Source of the DNA: Octopus sinensis
Taxonomy: Eukaryota
DNA: 27,932 bases
Reading direction: 5' to 3'
Assembly: GCF_006345805.1 (NCBI RefSeq)
Contig: NW_021827546.1
Coordinates: 1-27,932, forward strand
The notes under the pieces were generated by a model that was not told the DNA's origin, searched no databases, and saw nothing but the letters and a program-made list of their open reading frames with translations. Numbering within the stretch: position 1 is the first letter of the stretch; each line of letters begins with the position of its first letter. The translations under genes were made by a program, and so were the position numbers. This document shows positions 10,380-23,049 of the stretch, piece by piece.

Positions 10380-10702
10380 CCAGTTTAATTAATTGTATTA
10401 TAAATACTTTTATGGTCGTGATCTCTATAGTGATTAAAATTGATTTATCAACAGATTATTGTCAAATTTTACACATCCTCCACTTATCGTATATTAAGTT
10501 CTTTTTATATTTGAGTCCGTATTTGTTGTATGTGTTTACAATGGAAAAATTCTATTTAAAATAGATTCTCTTTTTTGAACACCAAACCACGGTAAAAACC
10601 GAACAACGTCAGGTGATTCTCATCGGTGATCTTTTTAGTGTCCACAAAAGATCGCACCGGCAGCTGGCCGCATTTGTCGAGGCATTGGAAACAAACTAAG
10701 GT
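10380..10702 (-). repeat. Left arm of a ~330-bp inverted repeat (partner 13244-13587); probably a 5'-truncated LINE 3' end
   Basis: The reverse complement aligns along its length with 13244-13587, with many 1-2 nt indels. Confidence 0.85.
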
Positions 10703-12209
10703 CCAAATTTTGATTGAAGTCCAATTCATAGTCAGAAGGCGATGTCAAAGTCTGCATTATTGCAGTTGGGAATGTGCTTGACTCCGTTGAGTTAATGTTT
10801 AGGAAACTTTTAATGTAGGTAAGTTTCCAAAAGAATTCAACAACCACAAATTTGACGTATTTCTGGACAATATAAGTGGATGAGATCGAATAGAAAAACT
10901 CCTTTAATTCCAGCAAGTTTCTTTCGAAATAAGAAAAGATCAAAAAATTAACAAAATACAAAAATTTGAAGAAATAAATAGGAAGAATATGTCTATGATT
11001 AGTTAATAAAGAAAATATATACACATAAATCAAAGAGTGAGTTTACAATGCTTGTGTTTATTATCCATGTGACTTTTACTTTTTGAGAGAATTAAATTAA
11101 AATTCATATAACAAAATGCTTTTAATTATTTTGATAAGGATAAGAAGGGTAGCCAAGCATGAAAACAACAATAGTGTCATACTCCGACTTGTTTATGTGG
11201 GAGTATTTTAGAAAAAAAGGTTATTTTGACATTTTTTAAATTTGTTGTTGAATGATTTTCTAATATAACATGATAAATTGTATGAAAACGTAACGTGGAT
11301 AAATTTTGTATGAAAAGTAAGTTTTAATATGTTTATAATTTCTACGTTCCTTGAGTTCTCGTTTTTTTAATCTGGACAGTTATATTGTTTTTGAATTATC
11401 AATTTTAAATCATTCATTTTAAAACATATAATTAAAATTAAAATATTCGAGTTTTTATATAAATATTTTGTAATAAAATTACGTAAATTTTATTAATATT
11501 ATCGTAATCAAAATCCTTTTCGACTGACAAAAAAAGACTAAAATATGAATTTTTATAAGGAAAGTATCAAATATTAAAAAACAGCGAACTCTCTCCATAA
11601 ATCAAAAACAAATGAGGGTGACAGTTCTATTTAAAAAGAGAAAAAGGGCAGAAAATACACGTTTTATGAAGAAGTAACATTGGCAAAATATCCCCTTGTC
11701 AATTTTACGAAGAATTTACGCCTACTCAGTGCTTCTCGAATGAATAAATTATTGTGAATTAAATGTTAAATTATTTTTAAATATTTTTCAGTTGAACCAC
11801 CTTCGGAATTTTCCGACAAACGTCTTAGCGAATGCATCGATATATCCATGAATTTAATAATTAAGCTTATTTTCCCCTTTTAGTTCGACATTCAGGTTAG
11901 ACAGATATACATATATATCAACATAAAATGCTAAATTGGCTACCCATTTCTTGTCATTAATAGTTTATTGTCCACTTTATTTTCAGTAAATAAAATACAT
12001 TCAGGAAGAAGTTGATAAAATCTATATATAAATATAAAAGGAATTTACCTTCTGAGACAAGAGCTAGGGCTCAACAATCTCACTACTAAAAAGAAGGACA
12101 TCACCATTATCCGAATCCGTCTCAGTTAATTTTTTTTAATTTTCTGTAATTCAGAAAGTTCGCCCGAATCCAATTAACGATTCCTATTACAACTTTAGAA
12201 GCATTTTCC

Positions 12210-12629
12210 ATTGTTATATTTTTAGAAATTAGATTTTCCTAATGTATAACGCAATGATGCCATAATTTTGGAGTCCAATTATTATAATATCTCTATTTAT
12301 TCATAAATCCAAGAAAGCCAGTTTTACTGCCAACCATAGAAAGGCCATCATCAGTTGAAATTGAAACTAATTTCCTCGGATCAAATTGATAATCTTCAAT
12401 TAATTTCACAATTAGAGGAAAAAGCATTGTTCCTTTAGTTTCTTCGTGAAGTGAGCAAACTTTTGAGAAGGTTTAGAGTCTAAACTTTAGACTCAGGAAA
12501 AATAAAGAAATAATATTACAGCGTGGCAACTAAAAATTATTTAAATTAAAAAATAAAATAATTATCAAGGGGCCACAATTGAATTCCAGGGCCACCTGTT
12601 GCCAAAGGGTGCACACGTGAGAATCTCTG
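12210..12629 (-). mobile_element. Internally deleted hAT (Buster-like) element: 5' TIR joined to the catalytic-core fragment
   Basis: CAGAGATTCTCAC at 12629 (minus), flanked by gtttaaat. Translation SLHEETKG.MLF...VSISTDDG.SMVGSKTGF...HHCVIH*EN matches the TTDGA.AM.G...HCIIH motif. Other end not found. Confidence 0.75.
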
Positions 12630-12659
12630 GTTTAAATAATAATGTCATCTATTCAGAAT

Positions 12660-12935
12660 TTGGTTATTTTTAAACACAAAGATCACGGTAAAAAAATAAC
12701 GAATAGTCACGTGACCCCGACGCCACTTTACAAGCGATTTCATCTGGCTGGCTCGGTAATCTTTCTACAACACCACAAAAGACCACAACGGAAGGTTGCC
12801 GGACATTCTGAAGTTCAGCAATTTTGGCCATCTTTATAGTCGCACTTTGCGTCGGAATAATGATATAAGAATGTATTTCCCTTTTCACATCTGATAAAAG
12901 ATTGGCCAGTCCGTATCCTTATAAAGAAGTCAGAC
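12660..12935 (-). pseudogene. Diverged LINE 3' fragment related to the inverted-repeat arms
   Basis: Shares blocks with 10575-10670 (aacac..cacggtaaaaa; tcggt.atcttt.ta; ccacaaaaga.c.ca.cgg.ag). Translation RCGLLWCCRKITE versus RCDLLWTRKKITE in the arm. Confidence 0.45.
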
Positions 12936-13587
12936 GATTCTAAGGGGTAACCCTTGACATGCATCTCTGCTTCTCCCCGCACGCAGACAATCCTTCGCAA
13001 ATATGAGAAAAAAATGAACGTGCTCAGAAGATTATCCAGTCTATGGAAAAACAGTTCCCACCCGATATTGGCGAATATTTACCGTCAATACTTTGAACCG
13101 TCATTTTCTAAGGCTGCGGATCATGGGGTCCGCGGTCATCGTGGTCAAAAAGGTCCAACAGAGGGCCCACAGATTAAACGATGGTTGGTCGCACGATAAC
13201 AAACGCTCCGGTCCGGCTCCTCTGGAAGACCTGATCAAGCTGAACCTTAGTTTGTTTCCAAATGCCTCGACAAATGCGGCCAGCTGCCGGTGCGATCTTT
13301 TGTGGACACGTAAAAAGATCACCGAGCGAGAATCACCTGACGTTTGTTCGGTTTTTACCGTGGTCTTGGTGTTCAAAAAAAGAATCTATTTTAAATATAT
13401 ATTTTCCATTGTAAACACATACAACAAATACGGACTAAAAATATAAAAAGAACTTAATATACTGATAAGTGGACTGGATGTGTAAAATTTGACAATAATC
13501 TGTTGATAAATCAATTTTATCACTATAAGAGTATCACGACCATAAAAGTATTTATAATACAAATTAATTAAAAAAACACCCAACTGG
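12935..13587 (+). mobile_element. Jockey/I-group-like non-LTR retrotransposon 3' fragment (RT thumb/C-terminus); includes the right inverted-repeat arm 13244-13587
   Basis: LGVTLDMHLCFSPH..KKMNVLRRLSSLW....ILANIYRQYFEPSFS, then KVQQRAHRL.....LEDLIKLNL reading into the arm. Ends in aattaattaaaaaaa. Confidence 0.65.
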
Positions 13588-13929
13588 TACATTAATCTGA
13601 GTGATTTTGATTGAATTGTCTTATTTAATTTCTTAGTGCAATTTCTAAAAAAATCAGTAGACAATATAGACTTTTCGTCATCGGCGAAAAGTCTCTTTCC
13701 TTTCTAAAAAAGCGTGGCCGCATGATCTCCATAAACGGGGAGACCCACGCGGACGAGTCCAAGTGGCTTTTCGAAAGGATTTCCTTGGCATAGTAAGTGG
13801 AAAACTGTGTTTCCATTTACGAGGCCGGGAATTTAGTTAGTTAATAACTATTTGTTAATTACATATAAAAAAAAAAAAAAAAATACAAAAAAAAAAATAA
13901 TAATAATATTATATATTGTGTTCATTAGT

Positions 13930-16900
13930 AAAATATCTGACTGCACACAATACTGTTAACCCGATCTGCAGTCAATGAGGCACTCACCACGGCCACTGTC
14001 GTTCAATACAATCTTGAAGACCTTTATTTCTGTGACTCTAACCTCTTGCTCGAATAAAATATAGCTATATTTAGAAAACAGAAGAATTATCACAAAAAAC
14101 ATGAAACTCGAATCAACATCACGATCAAGTAACGAATAATGTAGAGAATCGTCATGTTGCCATAACTCACAAAACTGTCAGCCTGGCGTTCATCAAAAGG
14201 AGAAGGCTCGATCAAATATTGAGTTGTATCTACTCTTGGAGGACTATTCACATTGTATCTGCACACGTTCAATCGGAATATCATTCAGTCGATCACTCAA
14301 AGAACGCAATACTCTTTGACACAGTTCCCGAGCATATGAACAATGTCAGTACACTTTTGATAAACCAATCAATACTGCAATCATAATTGCACTGTCTCTG
14401 TTCAGAGAGCTGTCTGGCTGTACACTCCCATAGAGCACGAATGTCCGCTTGCTTGTCCTATTAAGTATTAATGTATGTTTAATACTTGAATGAAGGTCAA
14501 AACATTGTTTATCATTTTGAAAACTCTCAAATGTCTGAATAAAATTCTTAACTCTCACACCCCACGAATAAGTGTGTTTCTCCTGTCCACATATATATCA
14601 TTTAAAGCGTTCAACAAAGTTATTAAATTCGACACGCAATTGAGAAGTGAGATCACAGACCTAGAATAAACAATCACAGTGGACCACCTTTTGATGAATA
14701 AGTGAGCTGACACTCTCAATCTCCTTTAAGTATGATCGGTGCTTAAATTCCCATTCATTCTCTTGTGCTGACATACTCGCCCACGAACTATACATATATA
14801 CTCGACACACCCTTCCAATGTGGACTTGTACAGTCCCAAATGATCAGTCTCGCCAATATACGCCTTAATCTCCCATTATCCACAAGCTCGTCATCCACAC
14901 CGAGGCCAACAACCACTAGATGTGATGACAGAAAACTACTTCTTTGAACGACTTGAAGGAACAAGCAAAAAAATTCAACTCACATCTCATTCTTGTACTA
15001 CAGTCATCCACCCTTCTCCACACACGACTTGAAGTGTCCAAATAAGTGTCCGTAAGTTGTCGACTCTTTCCAACTACTTGTCGTTCACAGGAGATCAACA
15101 TTTTCCATCTGCCAATAATCAAATACAGTGCCAACCTGCCTACTGAGGAGATCCTCATACTCCCTACTCACGACATTCACATTTCTGACAATTTCAGAAC
15201 TCACATTCCAAAATTTAGAGGACTCTTCATTAACACGCTGAGACACAACGTTCTCTGTTCTCTCTTACAATTTTAATCCACAATCGTACCATAAATGTCT
15301 CCTCTTCCCCAATCCTGTCGGTTATCCTGACCAACTCACAATTTATATTCTCCACAATGTCACTCAATCCAGAAATTGATGTCAAAGCGGAGGTTTCCTC
15401 CACACAGGCATGCATACTCCCTCTGTCACACTGACCATTCATAGCACTCTCTAGAACAGTGCAACATGAAATGAACTTCGTAAATATTCCATATCCTCAT
15501 ATTTGGATGACATTGCCCTCCCATAGTCGGCATGGCAGGTGATAATATTCATTTTTTTATTTTCAGATTGGTCAATCAGAGCAGTGAGCTGACGACGATT
15601 GACTGCACTGATTTCATCAAGTCTGCTCTTCGAACTCAACAGCTTTTGGTTAGCACTCTGTATTTGTGATAGGTCATCTCGTATCTTGATCATTGTACAC
15701 AAATCACCTCATCTTCCTTGTTCTGTAGTCTGACATTGCAGGAGCCAAACTTATTCCTGAAATACTCCCGACGATATCTCATCCTCGACTTGGCCCGCAC
15801 TTGATTCCTCAGAAGGGACGCTTCCCCACGCAAAGATCGTCCAATACTCTTCTGAGTTTTGACTTGACTCAAAAGTTCTTGCTGTGAGTTCTTACACTGA
15901 GCAAGCAGTAGTTCGTCCTGAAGTAAGAATGTCCAATAACCTGTTCCTTCAATTCTTTATATTTCGTAATTCTCTTTTGTAGGTGGGCCATACGGTCGGA
16001 CTGTTCGACTTGCTGTTTTTTGAGATGACTAGAATAAGCAGCCCCAATACTTGAATATTGCATAGGACACGTATGGGTCATCTCCATCCCTCGCCACATC
16101 CAATTCCTCCCTCAGTCTGTCAATCTCGTGTTGTATATCTTAGCCACTTCTCCGTCCTCCAAGAGTGTATTTGGTGTTATATTCGTGACTATGTTCTGCA
16201 CTCGTTTGGCCATCATGAACGTCCTCTGTGTCTCTTCCAAACACGACAGTGCAGGAGATACTGTGAAAATAAAACTCGTCCTGGTGTTCCCGCACAACGA
16301 CTCTCGCATTATTCGAGTCAATTTGCTATCTTACGAATGAGACAAAATCCTGACCTGTAGGGCACGTGGGATGACTTTTCCAGAAGGGCAGTGATCACTT
16401 TTTGCAATACACCAGAGAATTAGTCCTGTCTGATCAGAGGAAGCCAAATCGAACTAGAAATGACAACCAAAGTCAACAAAAGTGAGTCTCCCCAGTCGAA
16501 CTCGTCTCCTTGTCTTGCATCACCTCGTTGATGAGGACAGATATGGACAGAACAGTCGATTGAGTGGAGTCATGACACTTCCCACTCTGAAACAGATGCT
16601 CGAACTCCGGATAGAGTGGAGAGTGATCCTTCAGTCCCGAATCACAAAACCGAACTCTGAACAGACAGGACAGTCACAACTTTGTCATCCAACAGTGCTA
16701 GTTTGACTCCGTCGTTCAGCAAATCGCGGATTTCCTCGTCTCCCACTTCGATGTAGGACATTCGAAGGGACGACTGCTGTGAGTAGACAGGACTGACCAG
16801 TTCTGACAGACACGTCCAAAGGTCTCACAGCATTGGAGATAATCCCGTCCAAGGTATGTGTCTTCCCAGTCCCGGACTGTCCATAACTGAGGGATAAAGG

Positions 16901-17199
16901 AGGGGTTGTACGTAATGAGAGAACAGTTGTGGCCTGTCATGACATTATCGATGATTGGGGGGAGTGAGAAGAGGAGGAGGAAATGTCCTCAGTTGAGTCA
17001 TTTTTGTGGAATATTCGCTCAAAACGATATGTTTTGGGGAATTTCGGCCTGATATGAAGATCTCCTTGGAATCATGAGATTGGAGGATTTCTTTGAGGTT
17101 TGCTGTTCGGTGGCAGTTGTGTGGTCTTGGTCTATAGTTCATTATAAGATACCTTATTCTTAAATATGCATTAATGTTCACACTACGAGCATTCAACAT
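13930..17199 (-). CDS. Kinesin heavy chain (kinesin-1)-like protein with divergent motor domain; tiny introns, frameshifts
   Basis: Spliced LRI|RPRP (intron 17132-17152) and SLIT|YGQSGTGKTHT (intron 16887-16911). SYIEV..EEIRDLL; VITALLEKSSHVPYR|DSKLTRIMRESLCGNTRT. Long charged coiled-coil-like exons follow. The 3' boundary is uncertain. Confidence 0.82.
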
Positions 17200-17767
17200 G
17201 AAATAAAATTAACTAACGCGGTAAATTTATTAAATAAATAATTACTAAATAACTTTTAATATATTGGAATTATTAAAATTGTCGACACCAATTCCGATGC
17301 GTCCTACAAACCGAGTTTTGTAACCACTTCTTTCATATCATAACAGAATTGGACGGTGGCGCGACCTGCTGAACTAAATCGGATCATTGGCAGGTCTCTT
17401 CTTTATGCAATTAACCGTTTTATGCAATTATTCGATATTTTAATAAAATTAATAATTTTTTAATATGCAAAAAAAGAAAAAAATCAAAAATTTTTAAAAA
17501 ACATCAATTTCTGGCAAAGGAGTAGGAAGCTTTTTTAGTTAATAAAGTGTCCATATCCATATCAAGTTTACAAGATAAAAAAATTCAAACAATGAGAAAA
17601 TATGACCTTTTACCCAAAGATTTGAAATTAATTTATTTATTAAGCAAGAATAAAAATAATATTAACATGTGAAAACCTGCAACGGCACAATTCCTACAAT
17701 ATTGGGGTTGTTAAAAATCATGATTTTATCTAAAAAATTGATTTGTTCGATTTAAACAGGATTTTAA

Positions 17768-18210
17768 TCAGGTACTGCTTTCTCTTATTTGGCGGGAAAC
17801 TTCAGTGCTTTTGTTGACTTCCTCATGTTTCCAAAGTGGAGGGAAATTGTTTTTAGCGAGTTCCAGTCCGTCGTGCACTTTTGAAATGTGTGCTATGCGG
17901 GGATTGACAGGACTGTGTGTTGAGATACTCTAAGGAGCTGGCCGAGGACTTTTGCCACCAGAGTAGCTACATTGTTACATTTCCTCCCGCTTTGCTCATT
18001 TTCCAGTTAGACGACATTAGCAAACGTGTCGAAATCAAGCCTTATGTCCTCGATGATCAGGACTGCAACGAGTGTTCTGCACAGGCCATCTACTTTTGTG
18101 GCCATTTGAATTGTCTCCAGTATTTCTGCCAAAATTGCTGGGACTCTTCACAAACAGCCCTCTCGCAGGCAGCACAAGCCACTCCTCAAAGAAAGCTCCT
18201 AACTTTTTAA
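17768..18210 (+). pseudogene. CPEB: CPEB (CPEB2-4/Orb2-type) remnant: end of RRM1, partial RRM2, ZZ domain
   Basis: ag|GYCFLLF..ETSV....CFQSGGKLFLASSSP; NVCYAGID; [19 protein letters not shown]...[16 protein letters not shown]. Frameshifted, internally deleted, no upstream exons found. Confidence 0.82.
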
Positions 18211-18374
18211 ACACATTTATGGCTTTTCATTGATTTTTTAATTGATTAGGCAAATATCTTGGAAACGGTTGATCTGGTGACTTTTTTTTTATTGTTTATA
18301 TTCAATTGAAAATTGCGAATATTTAAAAAATCCATCGAAGTCAAATTGTTCTTTCAAACTGAGTTAGAGAGTTT

Positions 18375-18610
18375 AAATCAATTTTGAAGTCTTAATATTT
18401 GCTTCCAATTTAGAAAAATGACATATGCATTTCTGCAAGCATTTAAAATGAATCTTCCGATTTCGACATTTTCCAACACGTGTGAAAAAGGAAATTTTGT
18501 TCTTTAATACGACATGCCACTTAATTTGTGGGTAACTCCAGTTAGGCGTAATCTCCAGAGAAGGGTAATCTCCAGAGAATTTTTCCAGAATGGATTTTTT
18601 TAATTTTATT
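18375..18610 (-). pseudogene. Possible hAT C-terminal dimerisation-domain remnant
   Basis: Pieces FWKNS..DYPSL and RNR...C.SKLEANIK resemble Buster-type C-termini. Contains a 14-bp local duplication (taatctccagagaa x2). Weak. Confidence 0.38.
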
Positions 18611-20199
18611 TGTTTTAGTTTTCCGAAAAACAACAAATTTGGCTGACATACTATTCATATCTAAGCTACGCAAGTAACCTACAGTTTACTAATTTGAATT
18701 CGAATCTTGATAAAATCATATTCGATTTTGAGTGAACATTTTTTGTTGTCCATTGATATTTTTAAGTTTATCTTTTCAAAAATATTTAAGAATATTTACG
18801 GCATGGGTAAAACCAAATCTCGTATTTAAGAACAGATATAAGCATAGAAAACGATAAACAAATAAAGTCGCCAAATACATTTTCTCCGATTGCCTCATTT
18901 TTATACCAAATATCGAGTTTTATTAGCGTTTATCTGGCTATTTGAATTACAACTGTAATCAATATGTGGGTAGCCATTTAGTCTAGAAATCGGCAAACTT
19001 ATTTTGCATAGATAATAATACCAAACTAATGACTATCCCCGCAAATAATTAAAGATGACAATGAGACGTCATTCAACACAACAACAAAAATGTTATAATT
19101 AGAAAAAGGATGGTCAAAAAATTAAAATGACGATTTTTAATTTTTTTTAAAATAGTAAATACTCAGGATTTTTTTAAACAGTAAAACAAAATGTGTCGTT
19201 AAATTATAAAAAATCGAAAACGAGAAATATCGCAATATTTTTGAGCAATGTAAACAAATCTAAATTAAGGATCTTAAATCGCAAATTGTTCAAATTTTAA
19301 AGGATAAACAAATTTTTCAAAAATTATCAAATTTAATTATCACATTAGTCCGGATTTTCTTCCTCCTGTTAAATTATAAAGACATCAAAAAATACATTTT
19401 CGGATTCAATTGGGAATTTTGGTTTCGTTCACTAATGCAAACATTTCAGACAGCTCTTTGTAACTTTATAGGCGCCCAAGTAATGTGGCGCACTGGATGG
19501 AGCCCGATTCTTTGTAGATATTCTGCATGTTTGGCAACTGTCATACATGTACATTTCGGTTCCATTAAAATGTGTGCAAAAATCGGCGGCAATTTATATT
19601 TATATTGCACTGATACGTATTTATTTTGCATTAAAACTGGATTTCTAATTATAATCACAAAACAAATGTCAACAAATCATAATCTCCCCTAAAATATAAT
19701 GGAGCAATTAAATTTGTTTTTGAACAATCAAGTCTCCCGGATAATGAAATTATCGATTTACTTGAGAAGAAATATTCCCCAGATAAATAAAACAGTGTGG
19801 AATAAATCAAATTGAAAAGATGCATTTTTACTAGAAATCTCAACATTTGATTAGAGAACATTATTTATTTACATTTCGAACAAATATTGTTGACATAATC
19901 ATATCTAATTTTTTTGATTTTTTAAATGATTTAAATCATTGATTTTTTTGATTAAAACCAAACGATGTCTGCCAGTTTTACTTAAGGATAAATTTAAATG
20001 TAATAATGATTTAAAACCTACAAATGCCTGCGCCGGGAGTCGAAGATCCCCTCGGACACAACGAGGAATTCTAACTTGTCTAAAACCAAAGATTGTTTTC
20101 CAAATTTGTGTATGTTGGAAAATTTGATTTTTAAAAAACACAACAAGCTCGTTGCGTAATTCGAACTAACTTTGGATTACTCTTTCATGTGATAACCAT

Positions 20200-21400
20200 C
20201 TTACTTCAGTATGAAAAAGTAATATATGGAGAAAATCTATGAAGAAGCATCGAAGAGGATTAAAAACCTGACCCAAACTGAATTAAATTCTGTGAACTTG
20301 TTCAAGGCCTTAAACGAACACGCACTCTCGCTCTATAACTATTATATTGGATTGATTGATAGTTCTAGCCCGGAGAGTTCGAGCAGATCGATAAAAATAT
20401 TCGTTGAATTCTTATGGACAATCATATCCACTTGAAACGCGCAAACAAAGAAAGACTTTATCTTCCAAGAAAGGAATTTGGGAGAGGCCTGGAGTCAATT
20501 ATTAATAAGTCGGAGAAAATGATGCTTTTCAAATTTTATGGTGATTTGAAACATAAGGCAAACTACTCTCTAAGAAGAGCAGGAATTTTGCGGGTCATCA
20601 ATTCAAAGAAAACGCATATGGTCACTATCGCAGAATTCTTGTCTCGAAAATACAATGAAAATGTGAATGAACTGAAAATATCTGACCTGTTGAAACTTCA
20701 ACGTGAATATCTATGGAAAAAATCAAAAAGAAGCCCTTGCAGTGTACTTACTAAAGAATACCGAAGTTGATGTGTATGAGGCTTGCGGGTGGTTAATTCA
20801 TGGAAACAATACTCCCCGGACTTAAGCAAATCCGTGCCTGTTGCAAGACCAGAACTTGTTTTTCAGCAACGGAGAGAATAAATGCAACTTATCAATGAAT
20901 TTGTGGAAATCCGAGTCGATACAAACCTCCATACTGATAATGCTATCCTGAATAAAAAACACGACATATTTGTTCACGACAAATCGAACAACACAATTAC
21001 GCTTATCGAGGTGGGGATCACTTCACAGAATTGTCTAAAAGCAGCTCGAAGTGGAAAAGTTGCACAAATACGACTTGCTGGCAAATGAACCTAGAGCGAT
21101 GCACCGGGCGAAAGTAAAGATCGTCCCTGTCGTCATGACCTGGGACGGAATAGTGTCAAAATTCTTCAAAAACCATCTGACGGTGCTTGGCGTGGAGGAC
21201 AGGGAGAAGGCATACATCCAGACACTGGTATTGCGGAAGACCTTAGAAAGCATGCAAGCTGAGCCAAACACGGGTTATCGATGCCTGTTGAAGAGGTAGC
21301 CCCTGAATCTAGACTGCGCGTTGACATGAATCTGCCTATCCGTGCACTGAAAGTGGGCCCTAAGAAGGTGAGGTTGATGGAATAAAATACTACAAATAAA
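20200..21400 (+). mobile_element. Second R4-like RLE non-LTR retrotransposon, 3' part with restriction-like endonuclease
   Basis: NLFKALNEHALSLYNYYIGL, HLKRANKERLYLPRKEFGRGL (paralogous to 4600-4950). Endonuclease VEIRVDT..NKKHDIFVHDK....LIEVGIT, EKLHKYDLLANE, VPVVMTWDG. The Zn-knuckle is deleted near 20880. Confidence 0.88.
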
Positions 21401-21479
21401 GAAAACGGAATAACTATTAATTATAATTCTTTATCTTTAAAAAAATGTATGATTGCAGCTTATTTCATAGAACTATATT

Positions 21480-22900
21480 TCACATACACGAGATTGTAGA
21501 AATCTTTTTTAACATAATTAAAAATTTTGATAGCATCTCCCAAAACATGATGCAATTAAAATGCTCAAAGCTGAATAAGAAAAACCTCAAATTTTTGAAG
21601 ATTTTCAATCGACTCAGTCATATAGAGAGAAAAGGAGAAGAGATTTGGCTAAAATCGGCTGATGGACTGGCTGCTCTACTTGTAGTGAGCAAAGTCTAAT
21701 ATCAGATTTTAGATAAAGTTTTACAAACTCGAAAAATCATTAGAGATCACCGATTCTTAGTTTTTTTGAATCCCAGACATACACATTACTCAAATTGAGG
21801 GATTAACTACTGGTTATATTGAAGTGTTCAAAGCGATCAAGAAATACTAGAGTGTTTTTGGGCATCCAGATTCCATAGTATCGTGCAGTTAGAAGTCAAC
21901 GTCGGACTTGTCTTAACGCATAGAAAATCCATGTTTTTTCTTGATGCTGCTCTCCAATGTCTCTCGACGTTTTCTTTTTTTATGCGCAAGGAATCAAGAT
22001 TGTCTACAATTCCATCCCCGTAAAAACCACCATGAATAATTCTTATTCAAATAACCCATTCGAGATGAATAGTCGACACATATTAATGAAATGAAAAGTT
22101 GTGAGATCACTTTAAAAAATCAGAGAAACCCCTAGAATTAAGTTGTTAAAACCTGCGGGAGGATGGCTGGCGTAAATAAACTAATCGAATAAAAACAACG
22201 GATCAAGTAAACACGCTGATCAACTAATTAATCGATTAGCGAAACACACAGTGGGGCTATTCAAACCAAAAAGTGACTGAAACATCTGAAAGAAATCTCA
22301 GGCATCAAACAAAAGACATTCGATTGTTTTCTGGTTATCCCCTTTCAGCCAATTACAGAAATTATAGAAATCAAAACAGAAATTGAAAGCGATTGACTGG
22401 AATACAACACTGACTAAGATTTTTCAAAAAAACAAACCAAAAAACTTAAAATGAATTCGAATAATGTTATGGAAACGCAAAGACTTATCACGAACTGTCA
22501 GAAATGTTTTCGCAGAATGACGACAAAGTTCCCTAAAAACAATGCGTACTCCATAACTAAGGACTCGACGAAATCTTAAACAAACTGCTGATCTTGCCCA
22601 CAATCGAATTGGTGTGATAAAACGAATTACTGTGATATATTGAATAACCTTGTTTGAGAATAAGACAGTAACATTATTTGACTAAAGATCACAAGGACTT
22701 TATAACATGTGTGCTTTTCTTATAAGCGATAGAAACCTGTAATCTAAAGAGATACAAGTCACTTTAAAATGTTTGGATCCGACGGAAGGCAATATGGACA
22801 ACCAGGCTTATTGAAAAACTTTGTCCACTCAAAAAATGAGTAATTTAACCAAAACAACATCAACTCTCCTTATCGTCTGATCGAAACCCTGTCGAAAACG
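21480..22900. pseudogene. Highly decayed Ty3/Gypsy-like pol scraps (RNase H end, integrase pieces)
   Basis: LSHIE.KG....ADGLAAL, VFGHPDSIVS, LITNCQKC and minus-strand VDYSSRMGY resemble LTR pol motifs. No LTRs and no continuous ORF. Confidence 0.35.
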
Positions 22901-23049
22901 TTTAGAAGAAAGTTTTATAAAATTAGGAACAAACTTGTTAGCTAATAAAAGAATGGATAAATGTTGTGTTGACTGACTAATCAATTGTGTCTAAATTAAT
23001 GTACATTACAATTGGGAAAAATAAAAAGAATAAAAGATAGTGGTGTGTG

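Noticed and set aside
13625-13830. GC-richer island with a 63-aa ORF
   Set aside because: No recognisable motif in any frame, so I cannot support a call.
14090-16706. Many short ORFs opposite or within the kinesin gene
   Set aside because: Antisense or off-frame products of a frameshifted multi-exon gene, with no independent motifs.
18640-20190. Short ORFs with a faint GALDG (Harbinger-like) or Cys-rich look
   Set aside because: The similarity is too short and no termini were found. Left unannotated.
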